A DNA stretch of 64,000 bases. Origin: Octopus bimaculoides (Eukaryota). The notes under the pieces are model-generated. The model had not been told where the DNA came from. It saw nothing but the letters and a program-made list of their open reading frames with translations, and made no database searches. Shown piece after piece: positions 49,601 through 62,490 of this stretch. The translations under genes were made by a program, and so were the position numbers. The stretch lies in assembly GCF_001194135.2 (NCBI RefSeq), contig NC_069001.1, positions 18,298,569 through 18,362,568 on the forward strand, given 5' to 3'. Positions within the stretch are counted from its first letter, which is position 1. Each line of letters opens with the position of its first letter.

Positions 49601-49849
49601 TTATACATATATATATACTATTTAAATCAATATATGCCTATTTATTTATTTGTTTATTTATAGTAGTATATATATTTGTACATGCAATTTAAATTAATAT
49701 GTGCCTATTATTTGTTTATTTTATTTTTTTTATATACAAACATCTGTACACTTCAAAATTATTCTTCAGCTCACATGATTCTCTCCCCTCCTATACATTT
49801 TTTCAAATACAACTAAACAAAATTGAACATGCATAATTATATGAGTATA

Positions 49850-49891
49850 TGAGTACACGCATATGTATGTGTGTATGTATGTATGTGTATA

Positions 49892-49935
<44 letters not shown>

Positions 49936-50720
49936 TATTTATATGCACACCTTATGCATTCTTATAATTTATTTCCATTAAAATAATTCTCTCTCCAGTT
50001 ATAATAATTTTTACATACAGCTAAATAAAATACTTTCTTTTTCTTTATACTTATGTTGATGTATGCATATGCATACGCAAGTAATTAATTATAAAGATAC
50101 ATATTTGAAAGTGTAAGTATGCAGATGTATATCTATGTACACATGTGTGTGTAAGAATACACAGATACATGCCTGTATATGTATATATGTACATGTATAC
50201 ATGTGTGAGTATGAGCACATACACATGAGTGTGCAGATATACATATATGTGTTTATGCAGGTGCATGTGTATACATATGCGGGTATATGTGTGTATGTAT
50301 GTGCATGTATATATGCATATATGTATGCATGTGTGTGTGTGTGTGCATGTATATATGCATATATGTNNNNNNNNNNNNNNNNNNNNNNNNNNNNNNNNNN
50401 NNNNNNNNNNNNNNNNNNNNNNNNNNNNNNNNNNNNNNNNNNNNNNNNNNNNNNNNNNNNNNNNNNNNNNNNNNNNNNNNNNNNNNNNNNNNNNNNNNNN
50501 NNNNNNNNNNNNNNNNNNNNNNNNNNNNNNNNNNNNNNNNNNNNNNNNNNNNNNNNNNNNNNNNNNNNNNNNNNNNNNNNNNNTGTGTGAGTATATATGT
50601 ATGCATATATCCATAGATACGAGAGTGTGTGTGTGTGTGTATGTATGCTGAGATGTACATGTACATGGGTGTATATTTGTAATATATGTAGGCATATCTA
50701 TCTACATATCTCTATGTGTC
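49850..50720. repeat. Degenerate (TG)/(TA)/(TATG) microsatellite field
   Basis: Low-complexity sequence around a gap. Similar fields at 48500-48730 and 54370-55140. Confidence 0.92.
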
Positions 50721-50739
50721 TGCAGGCACGTATAGCTAC

Positions 50740-51645
50740 ATGGTTCTAGGTAAATTCCACCATGGAAAATTCCACCAGGTAAATTCCACCCATGGACAGA
50801 CTTCCAATATAAGCTGCTCCTGCTAATAATCACCGTGGTCAGGACCTATGTTATTTAATCTGTCTGTCTCTCAAGTCTTAAGAAGAGAGAGAGAGAGTCT
50901 GAAGATGAGATAGAAAATAATCTTTATAATCTACTTGAACTAAGATGGGATCACTTTAATGTACTCCCATTGAGCAAGAATCTATGAAAAAGACTCATCA
51001 CAAAATTTCAAAAATAATATAATTTGGGATAAAGAAAGAAAAATTAAATTTTAGCCCACATTTTATTATAACAATAGGATAAAAAATAGCAGCGAGTACA
51101 TTGTGAAGCAGAGTTAGGAAAAGAAAGTTTAATTTCTTTAAAAATTTCTTAAGATGAATTGTGTGCCATACTTCTTAAAAATTCCTGAACTCGCTTCTTC
51201 AGCCGTGTATCAATAATTTGATAGGTCTTTTTTTATTTATTATTTTTTTTATTGTTGAGTCTCCATGTCGAATGTGTGCAATTTTTCTCTGGCTTAATCC
51301 TTCCTCAGCTTCGAGGGCAGTGCATAGTTTCCATAAATTTGGATATGTGGATTTTAGTGTGGATGAGTGCAAAGCATTGTGAAACCCTTCTAAAGAATTA
51401 TTTGATCTTGGCAAGTCCTTTAAGACACGATCACATATATTCCAAAGTTGTATAGGAAAATGTGGGATTTCTCTTCACCAACAAGGACCATGCCCCTTAC
51501 AATCCCACTGTATGTAATCTCAAAATAGGTGATAAACTCAGAAGGGATGTCTTCATTGTTAGACAAATCTTCAAATACATTGACAACATCTTCAACGTAT
51601 TTTTTGTATTCATTGACATTATTGATATTATTTTTTATGCATTCT
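50740..51645 (-). mobile_element. MULE/MuDR transposase C-terminal remnant with subterminal repeats
   Basis: FITYFEITY...LWNIYDRVLKDLPRSNNSLEGFHNAL...PNLWKL. Three aaattccacc repeats at 50755-50795. Confidence 0.8.
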
Positions 51646-51745
51646 NNNNNNNNNNNNNNNNNNNNNNNNNNNNNNNNNNNNNNNNNNNNNNNNNNNNNNN
51701 NNNNNNNNNNNNNNNNNNNNNNNNNNNNNNNNNNNNNNNNNNNNN

Positions 51746-52255
51746 TTTACAATCCAATGTGACTCCCTAATTGAGGCTTGGAGACCAGATATTGTTGTAA
51801 TAAATAAAGAAAAAGGGAAACCAAAGTTATAGATATTGCAATACATGGGGATGCACACATAAATGACAAAAAACTAGAATAAATTGAAAAATACAGACTA
51901 CTAAAAGATGAAATTGCAAGAATGTGGACTATGAGGAGTGTGTCTGTCATCCCAGTAGTTGTAGGGGCACTCGGAATCCTAACAACCAAGTTCAAGAAAT
52001 ATGTCAGAGAAATCGGAATTGACATGAGAGCAGAACAAGCTCAAAAGACTGCGCTGCTGGGGACAGCTAGGATATTGAGGTTGGTACTTGGATGTTGAAT
52101 GTCTCCTATGATAATTAACAACCAAGTACCAAAGCTTATAATGTGTGGAAAGAGACCCTGTGAGACCTCCAACAGCAGGCTGCTGTCAGCTCTCACAGAA
52201 TCTACCAGAGCAAACAAGATTGAGCACTCTGAGAAGTAAAACAATAACAATAAGG
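51746..52255 (+). mobile_element. R4/Dong-like LINE 3' end (REL domain)
   Basis: IQCDSLIEAWRPDIVVINK...KYRLLKDEIARMW...IPVVVGALG; aac/aat tail. Confidence 0.85.
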
Positions 52256-52264
52256 CATCTATGA

Positions 52265-52530
52265 AATCATCATCATCGTTTAACGTCCGCTTTCCATGCT
52301 AGCATGGGTTGGACGATTTGACTGAGGACTGGGAGCCTGGTGTTGCCATCCGGTTGGATGGCAACACCAGGCTCCAATCTAAATTTGGCAGAGTTTCTAC
52401 AGCTGGATGCCCTTCCTAACGCCAACCACTCAGAGAGTGTAGTAGGTGCTTTTACGTGTCACCTGCACGAAGGCCAGTCAGGCGATACTGGCAACGGCCA
52501 CGCTCGAAATGGTGTCTTTTATGTGCCAGC
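52265..52530 (-). mobile_element. RTE 3' tail fragment
   Basis: catcatcgtttaacgtccgctttccatgctagcatgggttggacg... Confidence 0.88.
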
Positions 52531-52829
52531 TATCAGTAAAAGAGATATTTTAAACCTACACTGTAAAAAGTCTCAATGAATATCAAAGTGACCTTATTTT
52601 GAGGTCAGCTAATATCCAGGGCAAGAAAGATTAAGGCTAATTGGATGGATATTGTCAAAGCAAACTAGAAAAGGAAACATCTCCTGCAATCACAGTATCA
52701 TTTCTAACAGAGGTTAAAATAACTCTATATATTGAACTCGAAGTTGAGGCAACCAGAATATCTGGACTGAAAACAGAAAGAATCCCTCCAATAACTAGGA
52801 ATAATTAAAAATATGGTTTGGACAAAATT

Positions 52830-54130
52830 TGAGTAAGACTGACTGTTACCCTTGTAGCCAGGTCTCCTGTCATCTAGTTCTTATTCACCTGGAAATCAGG
52901 TGCCAAGCTTGTCTGGATCTATCTTTGCTCTTACCAATGCCTTGTACTCTGACCACCTCCTTTTCTGTGGTGTCCAGCTACTGTTCTCCAATGCACAGAC
53001 ACATCCACAGAATTGTCCCATTCTCCTTAACCATTTTTACCAGTGACTCACCTTCTGACAAATTCATTGGAGGAGAGTAGTCCTCTTTCCACCCTCACTT
53101 TCCTTTTGAAGAAGGTTGATGAGGACTTGACCATCTTCATGTATGGTGTCTGTCCTCAATCCTTTCATCCTTATCTACCACACAACCTCTTTCACCAAAG
53201 CCATCTGAGCAAGGAAAGCAGTCCCCAAGCCTTACTGAGTGGTGAGATGATATTTATGATTGACTGGGTTGAAAGTTAAATGTTTCCTACATGTAATACA
53301 ACTCCACAAGTCAGCAATGCTTGGACACTACATGAATGCATACAACAGGGTTTCATCCCTCTGCATGCACCTCAGACGATTCCATCTAGCAGAACTTCCA
53401 TCTCTGTAGAATTTATCTCAAACTGGTAGTGCCCTTGAGTACCACTGCCAGACCAAGGTTTTTTACAAGTTATCCCTGATTGTCCCTGGTCCAAAAGTCC
53501 ACTGGAACAGACTGGCTAAAACATTTCATACTCTTCAAGGGTATCATTCTCCCAGCCCATTTAAGGATGAGGCTGGCCACTCTGGGACCAAACCAGACTC
53601 TGATCAAGTTAACCACTCCATCTGTGCAGTGACCCATGAGGCTTTTTGATGACATAGACTAGCTTCAACAAGGGCCACGCTGCAAGCCCACTAACTTGTC
53701 CAGAATTATCTTTGCTCTTACCATCACCTCATATTCCAACCACCTCCACTTCAGTAGTGTCCAACACCCTTAACATATTGTCATCTGCATACAATGACGC
53801 AGCCATCCTGCATTCCAGCTCAAATGAGATGCACCTCAACAATTCCATGTTTCACAGCAATGGTTTGAGAGCCAGTATATAGAGAAGAGAAAACAGAAGA
53901 CATCCCTGACAGACTGAGCACATGGTATGAAAAAGTTCTGCTGAATGGTCATTCACTATGACTATTGAGGAAGTACCACTGTGCATTGCTGAAAATGGGT
54001 TCGAAATCAGTTGCTTTTAGGAATGCTGCTAGGAAGCAATGATTGCTCCTATGAAAAGCATTTGACTGATGTAAATTGATGATGGCTCCACAAAAGTTAC
54101 GTTTGCTTCTCCCTCCTTTATTATGCATCA
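52830..54130 (-). mobile_element. Tx1/L1-clade LINE RT fragment, degenerate
   Basis: INLHQSNAF, QGCLLFSLLYILALKPLL, SLYADDNML and ALVKEVVW. Homologous to 21610-23640. Confidence 0.82.
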
Positions 54131-55137
54131 CATAAGGGGTGGGGGTTCATGGATAGATCTATTGGAAATTGCAAATGTCCTCTAGTGGAGGTGGTGGGGG
54201 TAATAGTAGTAGTAGTAGTTGTTAATGAAGTTGATGATGACAATGATGATGATGATATTGATAATGATGATATTGATAATGATGATGATCATTATCATCA
54301 TGATGACAATATGAAGCCTTCTAGCATTCAAGAGGGAAAATGTTATGATGACTAAATTTTTGCTTGTTATTGTATGTTTATGTGTGCATGTCTGTGTATA
54401 TGTGTGTCAGCATGTGTGTGTATGTGTCTTCACATGCCTGTCTGTGCCTATGCATGTGTGTGCATGCTTCGTTTCCATTTTCTTTTCCCCACCAATATAT
54501 AATAAAACATTAAAACAAACCTTGTGTTTTCTTGGATTACTACAGTTTTTCTTTTCTCATTGATATTCACTTTCAGTGACCTTCTGCATTTTGTGTAAAC
54601 CTTCAAATGCACACGCACACATGCACACACATGCAAAAGAACACCTGTATATATTTATGCATGCATGTACGTATATATGTATATGTGTGTGTGTGTGTAT
54701 AGTGCATATATATATAACATATATACACACATCTACATACATAGAGTTCGTGTGTGTGTTTGTGTAACATAAACACACATATACATATACCTAAAAATAA
54801 CAATATTGACACAGACACATAAATATTAATCTCTATATAGCCATCCTTATACGTATACATACTTGCATACTGCAAAATTATCACATACACACACACATCT
54901 ATATGTATATGTGTGAGTTTGCATGTGTATGTGACCTTGAGATTTTTCTTCATTTTTATTTGTTTGTTCTTATTATTTTGTTGTCTCCCTGATTGTAATG
55001 TTTGACTTGAGAGTTGTGTAATCATTATACAACTGCAAACATACACAGTTTTCACACTTACACACACAAACACGTGTGTGTAAGTATGTATGTATGTATA
55101 TATATATATATATATTCACACACACACTCACATATAC

Positions 55138-56040
55138 ATCATCATTGTTTAACGTCCGCTTTCCATGCTAGCATGGGTTGGACGATTTGATTGAGGACTG
55201 GTGAACTAGGTGGCTACACCAGGCTCCAATCTAATCTGGCAGTGTTTCTATAGCTGGATGTCCTTCCTAACACCAACCACTCCGAGAGTGTAGTGGGTGC
55301 TTTTTTTCGTGCTACCGGCACAGGGGCCAGAGGTGGCTGGCATCGACCATGATCGGATGTTGCTTTTTACGTGCCACCAGCCAGTCAAGGTGGTGCTGCC
55401 ATTGACTATGTTCAGACTATTTTTATGTGCCACCGGCATGTGGATCACAACTACAATTTCCATTTGATTTTGATTTTGATGTTGATGTACTTGACTCAAT
55501 AGGTCTCCTCAAGCACAGCATGTCACCCTACGATCCAAGGTACTTTTGAGTGGGCTGGTTATGTGACACTAGTGTAGGTTACAGCTGTGAACTCACTTTA
55601 TTTGCTGGGTCTTCTCAGTCACAGCATATCTCCAGAGGTCTTGGACTTTCGTCATTGCCTCTGTAAAGCCCAACATTCAAAGGTCATGCTTCACCACCTC
55701 ATCCCATGTCTTCCTGGGTCTCTCTCTACCCTGGATTCCTTCAACTGTTTGGGAAGGCACTTCTTTACACAGCTCTCCTCATCCATCCATAGTACATGAC
55801 CATACCAGTGCAAACGTCTCTTGCACACCACATTTCTCACAGGGCGCTTACACTCTATCGTGTGTGCTCACTGACATTACACATCCAGCGGATCATGCTG
55901 GCTTCATTTTTTTCAAGCCTATGCATGTCCTCAGCAGTCATGGCCCATGTTTCACTGCCGTGAAGCATAGCAGTTTGCATGTGTGCATGCATCGTACAAT
56001 CTACCTTTCATTCTGAGTGAGAGGCCCTTTGTCACCAGTA
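55138..56040 (-). mobile_element. RTE LINE 3' end
   Basis: (cat)n tail, modular 3' UTR and RT C-terminal sequence matching 38600-38900. Confidence 0.88.
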
Positions 56041-56164
56041 GGGGTATAAATATGTATACACACACACACACACACACCACAGATACATAGATAAATAGGC
56101 TTGATGATGCAAACATGAAAAAGTAGAACTCAAAGCATAAGTATATATATCAAAAGACACGTAA

Positions 56165-56350
56165 AAGGCACCCTTGCCAGTGACACATGAAAGACACCGA
56201 TTACACTCTGTGGAAGGGCATCCAGCTGTAGAAACTAAGCCAACACAGACAAATGGAGCCTGGTGCAGCTCTCTGGCTTACCAGCTCCAATCAAACCGTT
56301 TTACCCATGCCAGCATGAAAAACAGACACTAAATGATGATGATGATGACA
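56165..56350 (+). mobile_element. RTE 3' tail fragment
   Basis: gaagggcatccagctgtagaaact...acccatgccagcatgaaaa...taaatgatgatgatgatg. Confidence 0.82.
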
Positions 56351-56454
56351 GAAATTAGTATTGCTAGGCACTGCACACATCTTACACAGAGCACTTTCAA
56401 AGCAGTAAAAATAGCAACAGCAAAATAAATGACACAGAGCTGCATTTAATAGTA

Positions 56455-57656
56455 TGAGGGGTGCTGAAAAGTTCCTGGCTTTACTATTTAGGAGAAAACA
56501 TGCAAAAAATCATGATGGCATACAATATATCTTTCTCTTTTATGCAGATTTAACACATAATGGCAGCTCTTACAGTGGATTACGTTAAAACTGAAGCACA
56601 AACAGTCAGGAAGTTCTGCTTTTTGCAAGGCAAAGGAGTGGCAGAAATCCATGGTGAGGTGGAAGCCTTGAAGGATGGCTGCCTATATTACTTCACTGTG
56701 AAAATGTGGGTGTCAGACAGGTCAATTTGGGGTTACAGATGAACCCTGGTCAGGACGGCCAACTTCTGTGACCATGGAGGACAAATCCGAAGCTGTGCAC
56801 ATCGTGATTATCAAGGACAGTGAGATTTCAGCTAAGGTCATAGCTGAAACTCTGGGGGTTTCCTGCAAAAGAGTTGGCCACATCATCCACAACATTCTGG
56901 ACATGAGAAAGCTTTTTGTAAAATGTGTGCTGAAATGCTTGAATCCAGATCAGAAGTGCATCAGAGTGACGATATCAAAGGTGATTTCGGACTAGTTTGC
57001 AGCAGGAGAGGCTGGAAATGTGGCTTGTTTAGTCACCATGGATGAAACGTAGATTCTTCATTATGATCCCCAGATCAAGCAGCAATCAATGGAGTGGTAC
57101 CACAGCAGTTCACAATGTCCCAAGAAGTTTCAGATCTAGATTCTGGTTTCAGTTTTCTGAGTACTCCTTGTAAAATACTTGCCAAAGGGTCACACCATCA
57201 ATGTGGAATACTACATGTCTCTGTTGGATGAACTACATGAAGCTTTGAGGCAGAAATGTCATGGAAAGCTGAGCTGTGGTGTCCTGGTTTTGCAGGACAA
57301 TACACTAGCACACACAGTTCATGAAACTCTACAGAAAATACGCAACCTTGGCTTTGGATTGGTAAACCACCTACCTTAATCTTCTGACTTGGTCCCCTCC
57401 AACTATCACCTCTTTCCACAACTGAAGAAACAGCTTAAGGAAATGAAATTTCACTCCAATTCAGAAGTGATCACTACTACATAGGCCTGGTTGGAGGCCC
57501 AACATTCTGAGTTCTTTTTACAGGGCTTAGAAAAACTGAAGGGCCATTGCAATAAGTGTGTGAATCTGAGAGGGGAATATGTGGAATAAAAGCATAATTT
57601 ACTGATACTCTTATATTTCCTTTTACCCAAAGCCAGGACTTTCCAGTACCCCATTG
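56455..57656 (+). mobile_element. Near full-length mariner (DD34D) element, inactivated
   Basis: Imperfect TIRs (...gctgaaaagttcctggcttt / aaagccaggactttccagtac...) with TA flanks. Motifs SGRP, VTMDET*I, LQDNT-34aa-SDLVPSNYHLF, GEYVE*. Stops and a frameshift. Confidence 0.92.
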
Positions 57657-57699
57657 TACAGTAAAAGCATGCAATAAAAATACAACTACTGAATATTAA

Positions 57700-58330
57700 T
57701 AACTTCCTACATGGCTCAAGGCCACAAATTTGGTGGCTGTGGGATGTAGTTAACTATAGTGACTGTAATAGTTGACCAGTTGATTTTATTGAGCTGGGAG
57801 GATAAAGGGTAAATTTGACTTTGGTGGAAATCAGACTCAAAATTTGTTTTGAGTTTGACTATCATAAAATATTTGTCTAATAGTGTAACAATTCGGTCAA
57901 TCCATAGTGACTGATAAAAATATAACAGTAACAACATGATAACTATAATAATAATGGTTTCAAATTTTTGCACAAGGCCAGTAACTGNNNNNNNNNNNNN
58001 NNNNNNNNNNNNNNNNNNNNNNNNNNNNNNNNNNNNNNNNNNNNNNNNNNNGGGGGGGGGGGGGTAGTCGATCGCATCCCCCACCCCCGGTGCTCAACTA
58101 GTACTTATTTTATTGACCCCAGAAAAAGATGGACAAAATATTGCTAAACATTTTGCCACTATGATAATGATTCTGCCAGCTTGCAGCCTTAGTAACAACT
58201 GTAATAATAATGGTTTTAAATTTCGGTACAAGACTGGCAATTTTGAATGGAGGGGGTTAAGTCAATTACATCAACTTATTGACCATGAAAGGATGAAAGG
58301 CAAAACTGTCAGAATTTAAACTCTGAACAT
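57700..58330 (-). mobile_element. Cluster of diverged family B SINE fragments
   Basis: cacaaggcca...gtcgat...cccc.gtgctcaact.gtacttattttattgaccc and gaaaggatgaaaggcaaa...aattt.aactctgaac. Confidence 0.65.
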
Positions 58331-60984
58331 AAAACCAGAAGAAATATCACAAAGAATTTTGTCTGACACACAAATGATTTTGTCAGTTTGCTGCTTTACA
58401 ACAACAATAATAAAAGCCAACATGATGATGATCAAAAGAAAAGCTATGGGAATTGAGAGGATAGTAAAGCTGTTGATTTTGAAACTGAATATGTTAATTG
58501 TGAGGATAATGATGATGATGATGATAGCTGGGAGTACAGTTACAATGATGATTATTATTATGATGATGATAATGTTCACAATTATTTGATAAATCCAAGC
58601 TTTCCGTATTCACACACAAATATTCTCAATCAATCAACAAGAAATTCATATATTTAGGAAACCATTTTGTTCTGATTAAAATAAATAACAATAAATAAAT
58701 AAAATAAAAATGAACTACTAAATCACGATTTGGAATTAGTGGAGTATTTTAATTGAGGGAAGGGTAGAGAATCAGACAAAATGTCTAGTAGAATTTGTTC
58801 CAGATCTTTGCATTCTGAGTTCAAATCTTGCCAAGGTCAACTTTATCTTTCAGGGTTGGCAAAAATAAAATATTTGGAGTCAATTTAATTGAATGCTAAT
58901 TTGTGCCAACATGCAATGCTAGATTAGCAATGGTATAACTGCCTGAAGATGGCACTTCATCAACAGGTGGGAGGTGAAGAAAGACATTGGTAAGAGTGGA
59001 CTGCCATTGTTGTGTCAATATTTTATCTGTATAACAGATATAACTGCAAATATAACATACATACACACAACATATGCACATATATGTAACACACCTACTC
59101 TCTCACTCTAATAGCAGACTCCATTAAAAAGGACAACACACAAAAAAACCCCAAACAAACTAAAAACAAACAAAAACCTTCCCCCACCAGAAAAATTGCT
59201 GAAGTACTTTAGTTACAGAGTGAAGCAATAAAACTAATCAATACTTATCAGAGCAAAGAAATCAATAAAGTTTATTGACTGAACATTGCCAAAGATATTG
59301 TAATCTCACAAAGTAAGAAAATAAGAAATAAATAAAAAAATTAAAAAAAAAGAAATATGAGCCAATGCAAACCAATATGTATCAATGGTACTGATGGTAT
59401 TGATGGTATTGATATGAAATATTTATTCAATTATCTCTCTTTATTTCTTCTGACAAAAATACTGACACATGCAGTATCTCTCCTTCCTCTTACCCTATTT
59501 GTGCATGTGTGAGTTTGTCTATGCATGTATATATATATATATATATATATATTGTATTTGGTGTCTTTTTGTCACACTTCTCTTTCTATTTCTCACCCTC
59601 TAGCTATTCTACCCCCTCTCTCTACCTTTCTCGCCTCTCCATCTTTATATTTATCAGCCTTCTCACTTCATATCTGTATCGGCCACTTTTGTTTGTGTTG
59701 TCTATATATCTATCTGTCTTCTGAACGTCTGTTTATGTGGTCTCTCTGTCTCTGTCTGTCTGTTGCATTGAGTTCCCGGGGGGGGGGGGTCTTACAATAA
59801 ACCAGAGCTGAGGCTGTCAAGATGTTAACCTTAGACCTAGACTATTTAACTACCCCCACCTCCTACAATGAAAGCAATCTAAAAAATCCCTGGACCCTGT
59901 ATACAAAGACTCAAGTAGAGTCACCTTTTAAACAAATCAACCAGGAAGCTTTTGTATGGTTAGTTGGCCTGTTAGAAATAGCAGTCAATTCTCCTTTATA
60001 TTATACTGTCTTTAGCAATGGCAGGACATATTGTAAGCTGTGGTCATACATGCTTGTCTGAAATATGACTGGGCAGTCATGGCTGGAACAATTTTGATCA
60101 TTGGCTGACTCAAGTAAAACTGACCTGATCATCATCATAAAAAAAAAAGCAAACAGTTTGAGTAAACTGCTATTGCTGTTTAAAAGTAAGGCAGGGTTCT
60201 TTTCAAATCTACACATATCTGTTCTGAAGTTGAAAAATCTGCAGCTCTAGTACAGCACAACACCAGAAGAGACTAGATGAAAAGATTTAGCCAGTATTTC
60301 TTTACATTTTCTTAGGAACAAAGATACACCCTCACCACACAAAGTGTGATGTTTTTGAGAAAACTTTTGTGAAAGATTTATAATATTTAGGGTGAAACAC
60401 TGGGTTTTAAACAACAATGTTTTACATTCAAACACACCATTCTGGATAGCATCAAGGGTTTTGCTAAAATTACTTCAGTAGGTTTTTTTGTTCTCTTCTT
60501 CCAGAACAAAAACAAAACAAAACAAAAAAAAAACAGGAAAGCAATTGATGCAATTTGGGGAGAGAAAGCAACAAGAATTGACAGGGTTTGAAGAGTTTTT
60601 TTTATCAACCATAGTCATTAATTGAGAGAGAGAAGGCAAATATAATGTATGCGCATGCACACTTACACGCACACACACACTTATTGGACAAACATAAACA
60701 GTAGCTAAACCATATCCAAACTTGGTGAAATATTTTTTTATTTGTCAGTCATTGTTAGTTGCTGGGATGTGGTTCATGCTGAACACAATATTAAGTGTTG
60801 CACCAAGTCAAGATTATGTGACCTTAATTAAGTCATGAAGAAGGAAGGAAGAGAAGGATGAAGGGGAATAGTTTGTGGTAAATATGAGTGGTGTTGGTGG
60901 TAGTGGTTGTAGTGGTAAGAGAACTAGTAGTGATGATGGTGGTGGCAATGGAAGAAGTAATTTTGGTGGTAATATAGCATGAAG

Positions 60985-61130
60985 CATTTTGCTGTATTTC
61001 ATCTGTCTTTACGTTCTGAGTTCAAATTCTTTCAGGGTCAATAAATTAAGTAGCGTACTGGGTTGATCTAATCGACTGGCCCCGCTCCTCCAAAATTTCG
61101 GGCCTTGTGGCTAGAGTAGAAAAGAATATA
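60985..61130 (+). mobile_element. SINE family B, internally deleted
   Basis: tttacgttctgagttcaaatt...gggtcaataaattaagta...atctaatcgactgg...aaaatttcgggccttgtg. Confidence 0.75.
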
Positions 61131-62264
61131 GCATTAAGCAAATGCTGATGGTTGTTGTGGTAATGATGATGTAGATGTAGTAGTAGTAAAACAGTAGTGG
61201 TAATATTTATGATAGTTTGGGTGCAAGTATATGATTATTGGAGTGATAAGACTGGTTTCTGAGATGGTGATGGTGGTGGTGGTGGCAGTAGTAATTGAAG
61301 TGGTGCTTATGTTGGTGGTTGTTGTTATTGAGTGGTGCAGCCACACTGACCATACTATGACTAACATTAGTATTACTGAAAATAGTCATACAAACTGCAT
61401 ATTTCTATTCAAGATGCAGGATCCAAAATGTAAATAATGTAAACCTAATTCAATTTGGATGCAAATATATGGCACTAAAGTAAGCTGAATTAATAATACC
61501 CTATAAATTGTAAGTATTCTAAAATAAGCCATAATTTTCTTAGGTGCACACACTGAAAAATAAGGAACCATATAATTTTATTTAAATTACTTGTATATCA
61601 GTTTTATTCTTCTTCTTTGAGACATAAAAAGTTTGATGACCTCATTGTACAATGAACCACTTTACTTGAGTTGCATTAGTACACTTTTTTTCATCTGAAA
61701 GTAAACCAAGGCCACTTAGTCCTGACTTTGTGATTCATGAAAGCAAGTACTTATTCATTTGAGAGTGGAAAATGTGCATTCTGTTGAAGCTATGTACAAC
61801 TTCTCATGTTGCTATTTACAACTTCTCACCATGAAAACGAATGTGCAACCGTGCTGTCAAAGCTGTGCACACCCTTCACTGTTACTTTTTCGCCATTTTT
61901 CCATTATCCTATGATACATCTGGTACCATATCATGATACAGTGTGCTGTGAGGTGTGCAGTGTTATTTCAGGACACCTGCTACCAAATTTCAAACAGAGT
62001 ATAACAAAAGTTTTCCATTATGATTTGTGATTAAATTAATAATTAAGGTTAATATTTATAATGAATTTACCATTTTTGATGATTGTGCAGCATGCACCAA
62101 GCATACCTGGAATATATGTCCCTAATAGCAAGAACGATAGTAGTGGTGTTGGTGGTAGTTATAGTAGTGTTGTTGGTGGCAAAGGCAGTGGGGTGAGGTA
62201 GCAATGATGGTCAGTGCAGGCAGGAAAAGACAACGCCATGCTTTGGGTTATTTTAGTTGATGGT

Positions 62265-62490
62265 TTAGACCACATTATTCTGTGAGGTGTATAGAGCTGT
62301 ATACATTCCTCCCTGGATAGAACGCCAGTCTGTTGCAAGATTGCTCATTTTTTCCAGCTGAATGGATTGGAGCAACGTGAAATGAAGTGTTTTGTTTAAG
62401 AACCCATTGCATTGCCAATTCCAGGAATCAAAACCACAACCTTATGATCATGAGTCCAACACCCGAATCACTAAGCCAAGTACCTCCACT
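62265..62490 (-). mobile_element. SINE family C
   Basis: Matches 47878-48122. Confidence 0.82.

Noticed and set aside
8433-61437. ORFs rich in YI, CV, HT, MYVC or poly-I/M repeats
   Set aside because: Translations of (TA), (CA), (CATA), (GAT) and (GGT) microsatellites.
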